DNA of 64,000 bases from an uncultured Gemmatimonadales bacterium (GTDB lineage Bacteria; Gemmatimonadota; Gemmatimonadetes; Gemmatimonadales; JACORV01): assembly GCA_963806755.1 (NCBI GenBank), contig CAWDZR010000029.1, positions 282,780 to 346,779 of the forward strand. The letters are read 5' to 3'. The notes beneath the pieces were generated by a model that made no database searches, was not told the origin of the DNA, and worked only from the letters and a program-made list of their open reading frames with translations. Both the position numbers and the translations under genes were made by a program. Below, in pieces: positions 39,796 through 49,328 of the stretch (positions within the stretch are counted from its first letter, which is position 1; the number at the start of each line of letters is the position of its first letter).

Positions 39796-40332
39796 TTACT
39801 CGCCCTCGAACGCCACGAGGGCGTGGACGGAGTAGCCAAGCGCCTCGAGCCTGCGGCGACCGCCGAGCGCGGGGAGGTCGATCACGAATGCGGCGCCGAG
39901 TATCTTCGCGCCGGCCTGCTCGAGGAGTTTGACCGACGCGGCGGCTGTGCCGCCGGTCGCGATCAGGTCGTCCACCAGCAGTACCGCCTCACCTTTCTCC
40001 ACTGCATCCACGTGCATCTCGACCCGGTCGGTGCCGTACTCGAGCGCGTAGTCGCAGCCGATGACCCTGGAGGGCAGCTTGCCGGCCTTGCGGATGGGCA
40101 CGAACCCGACGCCGAGGTGGTGGGCAACCGCCGCGCCGACGATGAAGCCGCGCGCCTCGATGCCCGCGACCTTCCGCACGCCGGCGCCCTCAAAGCGGCC
40201 CGCGAGCTGGCGCACCGCCTCCTGGAAACCCGCGGCGTCGCGCAAGAGCGTCGTGATGTCGCGAAACTGGACGCCCGGCTTCGGCCAGTCCGGGACCGTT
40301 CGGATCAGGCTGCGCAGATCGGGCATGGGCAT
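39796..40332 (-). CDS. apt: adenine phosphoribosyltransferase
   Basis: 178-aa track ORF; [22 protein letters not shown]. Confidence 0.92.
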   Translation of the reverse strand: MPMPDLRSLIRTVPDWPKPGVQFRDITTLLRDAAGFQEAVRQLAGRFEGAGVRKVAGIEARGFIVGAAVAHHLGVGFVPIRKAGKLPSRVIGCDYALEYGTDRVEMHVDAVEKGEAVLLVDDLIATGGTAAASVKLLEQAGAKILGAAFVIDLPALGGRRRLEALGYSVHALVAFEGE

Positions 40333-40528
40333 GGCCGGGGCAGGAGAGCCAAAAGAGGGAATGTCATTGGAGTCGAGCGAATGTTGCCGGGCACCACGGG
40401 AGGGTCAAGGGACGGTATTCGGCCGCGGGTCGTGCCCGGAGGTTCTTCGGCAACAAGCGACTGGCGGCGGGCTTCCCACCACTCCCACGCCGCCCGAAAG
40501 GCCGCTAAGTTCTTGTGCCGCATCGTCC

Positions 40529-40601
<73 letters not shown>

Positions 40602-40616
40602 CTCCCTCAACAACAC

Positions 40617-41588
40617 TCAGCGGCCCAGCCGGTCCTGCTCCACGACAATGCGGTCGAGGAGCGCATCGAGTGCGGGGTCGAATTCCTCCGCCGCCGGCGG
40701 ATACCGCTCGGCGACCATCCGCATCCCCTGCCAGGGATCGATCGGACAGTCGAACTCGCCTACGACCGCCTTTACCTTGCGGTTGTCGAAGGTCACCGAC
40801 GGGCTCTTGTCGCCGAGGAGCGGACCCGCCCACGCGGGGTTGTAGCGCACCAGCGTCTCGCTCGCCACGTGCACCAGCGGGCACTTCGCCATGCCGAGCG
40901 CGGACGCGATGGCCTCGAAGATCTCGTTCCACGACCAGGCGCGATCGCCCGTGATGTGGAAGGCCTCGCCGAGAGCGCGCGGCTCGCCGAGCAGCTTGGC
41001 GAAGGGCCGGGCGAAATCCTCGGCGTGGGTCACCGTCCACAGGGACTCGCCGTCGCCGTGCAGCACCGCCGGCTTGCCGCGCAGCAGCCGGGAGACCTCG
41101 ATCGTGCCGCTCATCGGGGTCGGCATCCTGGTCCGATAGGTGTGGCTCGGGCGCACGATCGTGAACGGGAGGCGGCCCTGCGACCGCAGGCACGCCTCGA
41201 TCTCGGCCTTGGCCCGGGAGTACGCCCAGAACGGATTCTCGAGCGGCGTCGCCTCGGTGATCGGCAGCCGCCGGACCGGCTTGCGGTACGCCGACGCCGA
41301 GCTGATGAACACATACTGGCCGCAGCGGCCGGCGAACGTCTCCAGGTCCCGCGCCAGCGCTGCGGGGTCGAAGAGGCGGAACTGGCACACGACGTCGTAG
41401 CCGGGGGCGGCGAGGCGCCGGTACGCCGCGTCGTCCTCCAGGTCGCCGAGGACGAACCGGCACTCGCGCGGCAGCCCGGCGTTGTGGTGGCCGCGGTTGA
41501 AGACCGTTACCTCGTGGCCGCGGCGCACGGACTCGTGGATGCAGTCGAAGCTGATCTCGCCGGTCCCGCCGATATAGAGCACGCGCAT
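40617..41588 (-). CDS. NAD-dependent epimerase/dehydratase family protein
   Basis: From MRVLYIGGTGEISFDC (Rossmann GxxGxxG) within track ORF 40617..41624. Confidence 0.8.
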   Translation of the reverse strand: MRVLYIGGTGEISFDCIHESVRRGHEVTVFNRGHHNAGLPRECRFVLGDLEDDAAYRRLAAPGYDVVCQFRLFDPAALARDLETFAGRCGQYVFISSASAYRKPVRRLPITEATPLENPFWAYSRAKAEIEACLRSQGRLPFTIVRPSHTYRTRMPTPMSGTIEVSRLLRGKPAVLHGDGESLWTVTHAEDFARPFAKLLGEPRALGEAFHITGDRAWSWNEIFEAIASALGMAKCPLVHVASETLVRYNPAWAGPLLGDKSPSVTFDNRKVKAVVGEFDCPIDPWQGMRMVAERYPPAAEEFDPALDALLDRIVVEQDRLGR

Positions 41589-41726
41589 CGGACCCTCGTC
41601 GCGACGGTCGGACCCAGGAACCACCGCTGGGAAGGTAGCAACCTGTCATCGTGTTCCGGCGGGCGGTAGAGTATGGGGGCCGGGTTGGTGGCGGAAGTTC
41701 AATGGCGCGGGACAAGGAGCGTCGGC

Positions 41727-42857
41727 GTGAGCAAGATCGTCGTCCTCGGGGGTGGGCTGGTCGGCCGCGTGATCGGGCGTGAGCTCGCCGGCGACAAGGA
41801 CCTTCGCGTCACCGTCGCCGACGCGGCCGAGGCGACGCGGGTCCGCCTGGCCGGCGAGGGCCTGGCCACGGTCGCGCTCGACCTCACCGACGACGCGGCG
41901 GTGCGCCGCGCGATCGCGGGCGCCGACGTCGTCGTGGGTGCGGCCCCCGGCCACATGGGCTACCGGCTCCTGCGCCTCGTCATCGAAGCCGGCAAGCCCT
42001 ACGCCGACATCGCCTTCATGCCCGAGGACGCCCTCGAGCTCGACAGCCTGGCCCGCGAGCGGGGCGTGACGGCGGTGGTGGACTGCGGGGTCGCGCCCGG
42101 CCTCTCGAACCTCCTGTGCGGCCGCGCGGAGCACGAGTTCGACAGCGTTGAGCAGATGCTCATCCTGGTCGGCGGGCTTCCCAAGCACCGCGTCTGGCCG
42201 TTCGAGTACCGGGTCGTCTTCTCGGCCGTGGACGTCATCGAGGAGTACACGCGTCCGGCGCGCTGGGTCGAGCACGGGCGGCTGGTGACCAAGCCCGCCC
42301 TCACCGACGTCGAGCTGGTGGACCTGCCGCGGGTCGGCACCGTCGAGGCGTTCAACACCGACGGGCTCCGCAGTCTCGCCACGACGCTCCACGCACCGTT
42401 CATGAAGGAGAAGACGCTCCGCTGGCCGGGCCACGTCGAGAAAATGCGGATGCTCCGCGAGACGGGATTCCTGTCGCTCGACCCCATCGAGGCGGGCGGC
42501 GTGCGGGTCCGTCCCTACGATGTGACGACCAGGCTGCTGTTCGACGCCTGGCGGCTGCCGGAGGGCGAGGCGGATCTCACGGTGATGCGCGTGGAGGCGG
42601 TCGGTGTGGTCGGCGGCACGCGGCGGACCTGGACGTGGGACCTGTACGACGAAGCCGACCCCGCGACCGGCTTCCACTCCATGGCGCGCACCACCGGCTT
42701 TCCGTGCGCGATCGCGGCGAGAATGCTCGCCCGCGGCGAGCTGTCGCGCCCGGGCGTGCAGCCGCCGGAGCGCCTGGCCGGCGACGACCGCTTCTTTGAT
42801 GGCGTGATGAAAGGGCTGCGCGAGCGCGGCGTCACGATCACCAAGGGCGTCGCGTAG
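41727..42857 (+). CDS. saccharopine dehydrogenase family oxidoreductase
   Basis: GTG 41727 (VSKIVVLGGGLVGRVIG), 7 nt after AAGGAG, within track ORF 41673..42857. Confidence 0.8.
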   Translation: MSKIVVLGGGLVGRVIGRELAGDKDLRVTVADAAEATRVRLAGEGLATVALDLTDDAAVRRAIAGADVVVGAAPGHMGYRLLRLVIEAGKPYADIAFMPEDALELDSLARERGVTAVVDCGVAPGLSNLLCGRAEHEFDSVEQMLILVGGLPKHRVWPFEYRVVFSAVDVIEEYTRPARWVEHGRLVTKPALTDVELVDLPRVGTVEAFNTDGLRSLATTLHAPFMKEKTLRWPGHVEKMRMLRETGFLSLDPIEAGGVRVRPYDVTTRLLFDAWRLPEGEADLTVMRVEAVGVVGGTRRTWTWDLYDEADPATGFHSMARTTGFPCAIAARMLARGELSRPGVQPPERLAGDDRFFDGVMKGLRERGVTITKGVA

Positions 42858-43334
42858 ATGCGCCGGCGCCTGCGGGCCTTCGTGCCGGTGCTCCTGCTGG
42901 CTTTGTGGCCGGCCGCAGTTTCGGCGCAGCGCGCCGGGGGATCGCCGGCGGACGTCGCGCACGCCTTCTACCGGTACCACTTCGTGCACGACATGGCGTT
43001 CACCAGGGCGGCGGTCCGCCACCGGGCGCGGTGGCTCTCGCCGGACCTCCTCGTACTGTGCCGCGCCTACTTCGCCCGTCCGTCGCCGGTCGACGAGCCG
43101 CCGGAGATCGAGGGCGATCCCTTCACGGACTCGCAGGAATACCCGTCGGCGTTCCGCGTCGGCGCAGCGACGGTTGCGGGCGATACCGCCCTCGTGCCCG
43201 TCACGTTCTCCTGGCCGGCGGGCGACCGGCGCGAGGTCACCGTGGTGCTCGTCGGCGCCGGAGCCTGGAAGATCGCAGACGTGCGCTACGCGTCCGGCTC
43301 GTCGCTCAGCCGCGAGCTCGCGGCCACGCCGTGA
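42858..43334 (+). CDS. hypothetical secreted protein
   Basis: 158-aa track ORF; signal MRRRLRAFVPVLLLALWPAAVSAQ; no family confidently recognised. Confidence 0.5.
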   Translation: MRRRLRAFVPVLLLALWPAAVSAQRAGGSPADVAHAFYRYHFVHDMAFTRAAVRHRARWLSPDLLVLCRAYFARPSPVDEPPEIEGDPFTDSQEYPSAFRVGAATVAGDTALVPVTFSWPAGDRREVTVVLVGAGAWKIADVRYASGSSLSRELAATP

Positions 43335-43708
43335 CCCTCGGTGGCTTCCCGCCCCGAACGCTCGCGGCGTTGCGGACCGGCCGGAGCCTGCGGATCCGGG
43401 CCGGCACGTCGCGGCACCGGTTCATTGGCATCTGGGTCGTGGTGGTGCAGGGCCGCGTATTCGTGCGGTCGTGGAGCCGCCAGCCCCGGAGCTGGTGGCG
43501 GACGCTGCTCGAAGAGCCGCAGGGAGCCATTCGGATCGCGAGCCGCACTGTCCCCTTCCGCGCGGTGCGCACCCGCAGCGACCGGCTCAAGAAGGCCGTC
43601 GACGCGGCCTACATCGAGAAGTACGGCAGCGGGGCCCAGCGACGCTACGCACTGGATCTGATCAAGCCGGCCTGCCGGGCGACGACCACGGAGCTGGTGG
43701 CATCCTGA
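43331..43708 (+). CDS. DUF2255-like protein
   Basis: Tail of track ORF 42905..43708 from GTG 43331 (GTGA overlap); IGIWVVVVQGRVFVRSW...AYIEKYG pattern, family from memory. Confidence 0.6.
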   Translation: MTLGGFPPRTLAALRTGRSLRIRAGTSRHRFIGIWVVVVQGRVFVRSWSRQPRSWWRTLLEEPQGAIRIASRTVPFRAVRTRSDRLKKAVDAAYIEKYGSGAQRRYALDLIKPACRATTTELVAS

Positions 43709-45066
43709 AGCGCGGCGGGTCGTCGCTCCTGACCCTCGGTCCGCTGGTCGCCGTGATGTTCTTCAACGTCTCCGGCGGCCCGTTCGGCGTCGAGGGGCTC
43801 GTCGGCAGCGTGGGCCCCGGCGTCGCGGTGCTGCTGCTCGTCCTGACCCCGCTGCTCTACAGCGTGCCCGAAACGCTCCTCATCGGCGAGCTGGCCTCGA
43901 TGCTGCCTGCCGAGGGCGGCTACTACGTCTGGGTGAAGCGCGCCTTCGGCCGCTTCTGGGGCTTCACCAACGGCTGGTGGAGCTGGATGTACTCGCTGAT
44001 CGACATGGCCATCTACCCGGTGCTGTTCCTCCAGTACCTCCGCTTCTTCGCCGGCGACATCGGGCGGTTGCCCGCGTGGCTGCTGGCGCTGGCGCTGATC
44101 TGGGGCGCCACGTGGCTCAACCTGCGCGGGACGAGGGTCGTGGGCGCCGCGTCGGGGTGGTTCACCGCGGCGGTGCTGGCGCCGTTTGCGGTGCTCGCGG
44201 CGGTGGCCGTGGCCCACTGGGTCGCGGCCGGGCACGCGGCGGCGTTCGCCCACGATCCGTTCCGCGCGACGGGCGCGTCCTTCCTGGGCGCGCTCGGCCT
44301 CGGGATCTCGCAGAGCGTGTGGAACTACAGCGGGTGGGATAACGCCTCGACGATCGGCGGCGAGATCGAGAACGCGGCCGCGACGTACCCGCGCGCGCTG
44401 CTGCGGGCGCTGCCGCTCGTGACGGCGGCCTACTTGCTCGCGGTCGTCCCCGTCCTCGCGGTCACCGAGTGGCGGACGTGGACGGACGGTGCGTGGCCGG
44501 CGATCGCCAGTGCGGTGGCCGGGACCTGGCTGGCCGCTTGGATCGCGGTGGCCGGCATGGTCAGCGCGTTCGCGCTGTTCAACGCCCTGCTCCTCGTCTA
44601 TTCGCGCATCCCGCTGGTGCTGGCGCGCGACGGCCTGCTGCCGGCGGCGCTCGGCGTGACCGATGCGCGCGGCACGCCGCGCCGGGCGGTGCTCGCGTCG
44701 GCGGTCGGGTACTCGGTGTTCGCGCTGCTGTCCTTCGAAGGGCTGCTCGCGGCCGACGTGCTCCTCTACACCGCGGCGCTGGTGCTCGAGTTCGCGACGC
44801 TCATCGCGCTGCGGCGCCGGGAGCCAGGCCTGGTCGGTCCGTTCCGGGTGCCGCTGCCGACGCCGGCGCTGGTCGTGCTGGCCGCGCTCCCGGCGCTGGT
44901 GCTCGCCCTCGCGGTCGCGCTCGAAGTGCGCAGCCGCGCCATCGGCCTTGTGGGCGTTGCGGTCGCCGCGGCCAGCGGCCTCGCGGGGCCGGCGGTCTAC
45001 CGCCCGCTCTCGCGCAGCGCCTCGGCCAGCGATCGCACGGCCGCGCGCAACGCCGCGGGCGGGTAG
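43705..45066 (+). CDS. APC-superfamily amino acid permease (start uncertain: CTG 43705, GTG 43753 or ATG 43756)
   Basis: Tail of track ORF 43174..45066; 12-TM pattern; N-terminal LKRGGSSLLTLGPLVAVMFFNVSGGPFGVEG matches the usual LKR...TM1 GG-P-G motif. Confidence 0.8.
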   Translation: MKRGGSSLLTLGPLVAVMFFNVSGGPFGVEGLVGSVGPGVAVLLLVLTPLLYSVPETLLIGELASMLPAEGGYYVWVKRAFGRFWGFTNGWWSWMYSLIDMAIYPVLFLQYLRFFAGDIGRLPAWLLALALIWGATWLNLRGTRVVGAASGWFTAAVLAPFAVLAAVAVAHWVAAGHAAAFAHDPFRATGASFLGALGLGISQSVWNYSGWDNASTIGGEIENAAATYPRALLRALPLVTAAYLLAVVPVLAVTEWRTWTDGAWPAIASAVAGTWLAAWIAVAGMVSAFALFNALLLVYSRIPLVLARDGLLPAALGVTDARGTPRRAVLASAVGYSVFALLSFEGLLAADVLLYTAALVLEFATLIALRRREPGLVGPFRVPLPTPALVVLAALPALVLALAVALEVRSRAIGLVGVAVAAASGLAGPAVYRPLSRSASASDRTAARNAAGG

Positions 45067-46514
45067 CCCGCGTAGCCGAGCAGCAGGCCGCCGCAGCGGA
45101 TGGGGCGGATGGCGTAGGGCGAGAGCGGCGGCGCCTCGACGCCCCTGGCGAGGGCGCGGCGCGCGACGTCGCGATCGCTCACCCCGGCGGGGAGCCAGGC
45201 GAGTGCGAGCATGCCGGCGGCCGTATCGCCGAAGGTGATTCCTTCCAGCATCTCCGCGGCCGCGGCGAGCAGGGCGTCGCGGCGCTCCTCGTAGAGGGCA
45301 CGCATCCGGCGGATGTGGCGGGCGAAGTGTCCCTGGACGATGAAGTCGGCGAGCACCGCCTGCTCGAGGCCCGGGGGCTGGCGGTCGGCGATGGCGCGCG
45401 CCTCGCCGAACGCCTCCACGAGGTCGGGAGGTAGCACGAGGTAGCCGAGGCGCAGTCCCGGGAAGACCGTCTTGCTGAAGGTACCGACGTAGATCACGCG
45501 CCCGGCCTCGTCGAGCCCCTGGAGACAGTTGAGCGGGCGGCTCGCGTAGCGGAACTCGCTGTCATAGTCGTCCTCGACCAGCCACGTGGACGTGGTGGCC
45601 GCCCAGCGCAGCAGCTCCAGCCGGCGCGCCGCGCTCATGGTCACGCCCGTCGGGTACTGCCTGGACGGCGTGACGTACACGACGCGCGGTGACGCGGCGC
45701 CCGGCGCCGCCGGGAGGCGCAGCCCCTCGCGGTCCAGCCCGACCGCCACGGCGCGAGCGCCGGCGGCGGCGAACACGCCGCGCGCCGCCGGGTAGCCGGG
45801 GTCTTCAAGCCACACCTCGTCGCCGCGATCCACCAGCACCCGCGCCACGAGATCGAGGCCCTGCTGCGCGCCCGCCGTGACCAGGACCTGATCGGCCACG
45901 CAGCGGGCCCCGCGGGCAGCGGAAACGTGAACGGCGATGGCCTCGCGCAGCGGCCGGTAGCCGAACACGGATCCGTAGCCCGAGAGCGCCGCGCCGGAGC
46001 GGCGGGTGCGCTGGCCGGCGAGACGCGCCCACAGCGCCCACGGAAACGCATCGAGCGCGGGCACGCCGGTCTGGAACGGGCGTGCCGGCTCGACGAGGCT
46101 GCGGCCCGCGGCCAGCGGAAGCCGCTCCAAGGCCTCGGCGAGCGCCGAGTGCAGCCGCGGCGCGCGCGGGCTCCCGGCGCACGGACGATCGCCGGATCGG
46201 GGACCCGTGCCGCGGCGCGGCACGGCCAGCAACGCGTCGGGAAGGCGCGCGTGAACGAACGTCCCCGCGCGGGGCCGCGCGAGCAGGTAGCCCTCGGCCG
46301 TCAGCTGCGAGAGGGCGCCATTGACCGTGTTGCGCGAGACACCGAGGTCGCTCGCGAGCAAGCGCGTGCCGGGGATCCGCGCCCCCGGCGCGAGGCGGCC
46401 GGACACGATCGCGTCGCGGAGCGAGTCGCAGATCTGGCGGTAGGCCGGAGCGGCGCCGCCCGGCTCGACACGCACCAGGGTGGTGGGGGCGCTCGACGCG
46501 GTCCGGGGGCTCAC
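44997..46514 (-). CDS. MocR/PdxR-type GntR-family regulator with aminotransferase-like domain
   Basis: 505-aa track ORF; N-terminal GntR wHTH (YRQICDSLRDAIVSGRLAPGARIPGTRLLASDLGVSRNTV), then a fold-type I PLP domain (YVGTFSKTVFPGLRLGY). Confidence 0.88.
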   Translation of the reverse strand: MSPRTASSAPTTLVRVEPGGAAPAYRQICDSLRDAIVSGRLAPGARIPGTRLLASDLGVSRNTVNGALSQLTAEGYLLARPRAGTFVHARLPDALLAVPRRGTGPRSGDRPCAGSPRAPRLHSALAEALERLPLAAGRSLVEPARPFQTGVPALDAFPWALWARLAGQRTRRSGAALSGYGSVFGYRPLREAIAVHVSAARGARCVADQVLVTAGAQQGLDLVARVLVDRGDEVWLEDPGYPAARGVFAAAGARAVAVGLDREGLRLPAAPGAASPRVVYVTPSRQYPTGVTMSAARRLELLRWAATTSTWLVEDDYDSEFRYASRPLNCLQGLDEAGRVIYVGTFSKTVFPGLRLGYLVLPPDLVEAFGEARAIADRQPPGLEQAVLADFIVQGHFARHIRRMRALYEERRDALLAAAAEMLEGITFGDTAAGMLALAWLPAGVSDRDVARRALARGVEAPPLSPYAIRPIRCGGLLLGYAGYPPAALRAAVRSLAEALRESGR

Positions 46515-46530
46515 CGCACAGGCTCCATTC

Positions 46531-46573
46531 TGGTACTATCTATATCGCGAATCTGGAGCTTTTGGTGGTACCA
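46531..46573. promoter_or_regulatory. possible MocR operator: inverted GTACCA hexamers
   Basis: TGGTAC (46531-46536) and GTACCA (46568-46573) flank an AT-rich core in the 126-bp divergent intergenic region; reminiscent of ATACCA boxes bound by GabR-type MocR regulators. Confidence 0.25.
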
Positions 46574-46640
46574 CATGCGCCGTAAGATATCCAGGCCAAG
46601 CGTGACCACCAGTGCCCAACCGACCCGGAGAGCCGTACCG

Positions 46641-47354
46641 ATGGCCGAGACCCGTGAGGCCGCCGTTTCCCGTTCGCCGCTCGCCTCCGTCATTCGCGCC
46701 CACCCCGAGCGTGCGCGAACGGACGAAGCGCCGCGCATCCTCGCCGCGGGGTTGGTCGCGCACGTCGGGTTCGTGGACGGCGGCCGCCCGGTGGTGATTC
46801 CGATGACGTACCACTACTCGGCGTCGGAGCCGTTCCGCCTGTACCTGCACGGCGGCGTCCGGGGCCGCCTGATGTCGCACCTCGCGGCCGGAGCCACGGT
46901 CGCGGTCACCGTCACCGAGCTCGACGGTCTCGTCTACTCGCGGACGGCGCTCAACCACTCGGTGAACTACCGCTCCGTGGTCGTGTCCGCGCGCGCGGCC
47001 GCGGCGCAGCCGGAACCCGCCGAACGTGGGCCGATTTTGGAGGCGATGATCGCCCGCTACTTCCCGGGGCGCAGGGCGGGCACGGACTACGAAGCCGCCA
47101 CCGCGGCGCAGCTCGCCGCCACGGCGCTCGTCGCGCTGGACATCGAGGAGTGGAGCGCCAAGGTGCGCGAGGGTGGTCCGAACGGCCCCGGCGACGACGA
47201 TCCCGCGCGCGGCGGCACGGCGGGGGTCGTCCCCCTCGGGCGGGGAGCCCGGCCGGCCACGCCGGCCGCCCGGGCGCACCCGGGCCCGCGCGAGGAGCGG
47301 GCGCACGACGGCGCCGGGTCGCCGAGCGCCGCGTGGTTCGGCGTGCGGTGGTAA
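46641..47354 (+). CDS. pyridoxamine 5'-phosphate oxidase-family (FMN-binding split-barrel) protein
   Basis: From MAETREAAVSRSPLASVIRAHPERA within track ORF 45927..47354; GRPVVIPMTYHY...LYLHG; divergent from a MocR regulator, a common pairing; C-terminal ~50 aa are low complexity. Confidence 0.75.
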   Translation: MAETREAAVSRSPLASVIRAHPERARTDEAPRILAAGLVAHVGFVDGGRPVVIPMTYHYSASEPFRLYLHGGVRGRLMSHLAAGATVAVTVTELDGLVYSRTALNHSVNYRSVVVSARAAAAQPEPAERGPILEAMIARYFPGRRAGTDYEAATAAQLAATALVALDIEEWSAKVREGGPNGPGDDDPARGGTAGVVPLGRGARPATPAARAHPGPREERAHDGAGSPSAAWFGVRW

Positions 47355-47420
47355 GCGGAGCCCTCCGATCCCCGCGGTTATCATTCAGTCGAACATCCGC
47401 TCCCCGACGCCGAGGTTCCC

Positions 47421-47945
47421 ATGACCGATCTGCAGTATCCGGTGGGCCGCCATACCAGGGTGACCACCCTCACGCCGGCGCAGCGCGAGGAACACATCCA
47501 GCAGATCGCTGCCGCTCCCGAGCGCCTGCGCCGCGCGGTGGCCGGGCTCGACGACGGCAAGCTCGACACGGCCTACCGGCCGGGCGGCTGGAGCGTGCGG
47601 CAGGTGGCGCACCACGTGCCCGAAAGCCACATGAACGCGTACATCCGCTTCAAGCTCGCGCTCACCGAGGACGTGCCGACCATCAAGCCCTACGAGCAGG
47701 CTCGCTGGGCCGAGACGCCCGACGTGCGGGGGCCGATCGCTCCGTCGCTCTCGCTCCTCGAGTCCCTGCACGAGCGCTGGGTGCTCCTCCTGCGGGGCAT
47801 GGGTCCGGCGGATTTCGAGCGCAAGCTCAACCATCCGGAGTCCGGCATCCTCACGCTGGACGGCATGCTCGCCATGTACGCCTGGCACGGGCGGCACCAC
47901 ACCGCCCACATCACCTCGCTCCGCGAGCGGATGGGGTGGCGGTGA
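47421..47945 (+). CDS. DinB/YfiT-family metal-dependent protein
   Basis: 174-aa track ORF; WSVRQVAHHVPESHMN and AWHGRHHTAHI His motifs. Confidence 0.8.
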   Translation: MTDLQYPVGRHTRVTTLTPAQREEHIQQIAAAPERLRRAVAGLDDGKLDTAYRPGGWSVRQVAHHVPESHMNAYIRFKLALTEDVPTIKPYEQARWAETPDVRGPIAPSLSLLESLHERWVLLLRGMGPADFERKLNHPESGILTLDGMLAMYAWHGRHHTAHITSLRERMGWR

Positions 47946-49312
47946 CCGCCGCCGGCCCGCGGTCCGCGTGGGCCGCACCGGCGCTGGCCGTGGCGCTCCT
48001 TGCGGCGGGCCCGCGGCGCGCCGCGGCCCAGGCGCCGCCGGCCCGCGAGGCGGCCGCGGTCCGCCGTGCCCTTCTCCACGCGTGGGACGGGTACGTGCGG
48101 TACGCCTGGGGGCACGACGAGCTGCGGCCGCTGGCGCGGGGGTATCGCGACTGGTATCCGGCCACCCTGCTGATGACGCCGGTGGACGGATACGACACGA
48201 TGGTGCTGATGGGGCTCACCGCGCAGGCCGACAGCGCCAAGCGGCTGATCCTCGACTCGCTGCACTTCGACCGCGACTTCCCCGTGCAGGTCTTCGAGAT
48301 CACCATCCGCGAGCTGGGCGGGCTGCTGAGCGCCTACCAGCTGAATGGCGATCCGCGCTTCCTCGCCCTGGCCCGCGACCTCGGCACCCGGCTGCTGCCC
48401 GCGTTCGTGTCTCCGACGGGCATGCCGTACCGCTTCGTCAATCTCCACACCGGCGCGGTGAGCGGCCCCGTGAGCAACCCGGCCGAGATCGGGACGCTGA
48501 TGCTCGAGTTCGGGACCCTCTCCAAGCTGACCGGCGACCCGCGCTACTACGACGCCGCGAAGCGGGCCGTGGTCGCCCTGTTCGGCCGGCGCTCCGTCAT
48601 CGGGCTGGTGGGCAGCGCGATCGACGTGCGCACCGGCGCCTGGACGGATCCCGACAGCCACGTCAGCGGCGGCATCGACTCGTACTACGAGTACCTGCTC
48701 AAATCGTGGCTGCTGTTCCGCGACCAGGACTTTCGGCGGATGTGGGACAGCAGCATCGCGGCGGTGAACCGCTACCTGGCGGACGACCGGCCCACGGGCT
48801 TCTGGTACGGGCACGCCGACATGAACACGGGGGCGCGGACGCTTCCCCACTTCGGCGCGCTCGACGCCTATTTCGCCGCTGAGCTGGCCAAGAGCGGAGA
48901 CACGCTCCGAGGCGGACGGCTGATGCAGTCGATCTACCGGATGTGGACGACGTGGGGCATCGAGCCGGAGGAGCTGGACTACGCGACCATGCAGGTGACG
49001 TCGCCGGGCTACGAGCTGCGACCTGAGGCGCTCGAGTCGGCGTACTATCTCTACCGGATCACGGGCGACGAGCGGTACCTCGCCATGGCGACGGTGATGG
49101 TGGACAGCCTGTTCCACTACACCCGCACGGCGGACGGGTTCACGGCCCTCGCGAGCGTGGTGACGAAGGAGCGCCGCGACCGGATGGAGAGCTACTTCCT
49201 GGCCGAAACGCTGAAGTACGCCTACCTGATCTTCGCGCCGCCAGCGGCGCTCGATTTCGACGCGGTCATCTTCAACACGGAAGCGCACCCGCTGCGGCGC
49301 ACCTGGCGCTAG
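47942..49312 (+). CDS. glycoside hydrolase family 47 (class I alpha-mannosidase-like), secreted
   Basis: From GTG 47942 (GTGA overlap) within track ORF 47150..49312; signal peptide; AWDGYVRYAWGHDELRP, SYYEYLLKSW, ESYFLAETLKYAYLIF. Confidence 0.85.
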   Translation: MTAAGPRSAWAAPALAVALLAAGPRRAAAQAPPAREAAAVRRALLHAWDGYVRYAWGHDELRPLARGYRDWYPATLLMTPVDGYDTMVLMGLTAQADSAKRLILDSLHFDRDFPVQVFEITIRELGGLLSAYQLNGDPRFLALARDLGTRLLPAFVSPTGMPYRFVNLHTGAVSGPVSNPAEIGTLMLEFGTLSKLTGDPRYYDAAKRAVVALFGRRSVIGLVGSAIDVRTGAWTDPDSHVSGGIDSYYEYLLKSWLLFRDQDFRRMWDSSIAAVNRYLADDRPTGFWYGHADMNTGARTLPHFGALDAYFAAELAKSGDTLRGGRLMQSIYRMWTTWGIEPEELDYATMQVTSPGYELRPEALESAYYLYRITGDERYLAMATVMVDSLFHYTRTADGFTALASVVTKERRDRMESYFLAETLKYAYLIFAPPAALDFDAVIFNTEAHPLRRTWR

Positions 49313-49328
49313 GGGCGGGTCCGCGCGG

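Noticed and set aside
40383-40454. Split stem GTTGCCGGGCAC...GTGCCCGG...CGGCAAC containing CCGGGCACC, reminiscent of a purine riboswitch core, in the apt / tRNA-Phe spacer
   Set aside because: Only a 9-nt resemblance. The other conserved purine-riboswitch elements are absent, and the strand and position do not place it in the apt leader convincingly.
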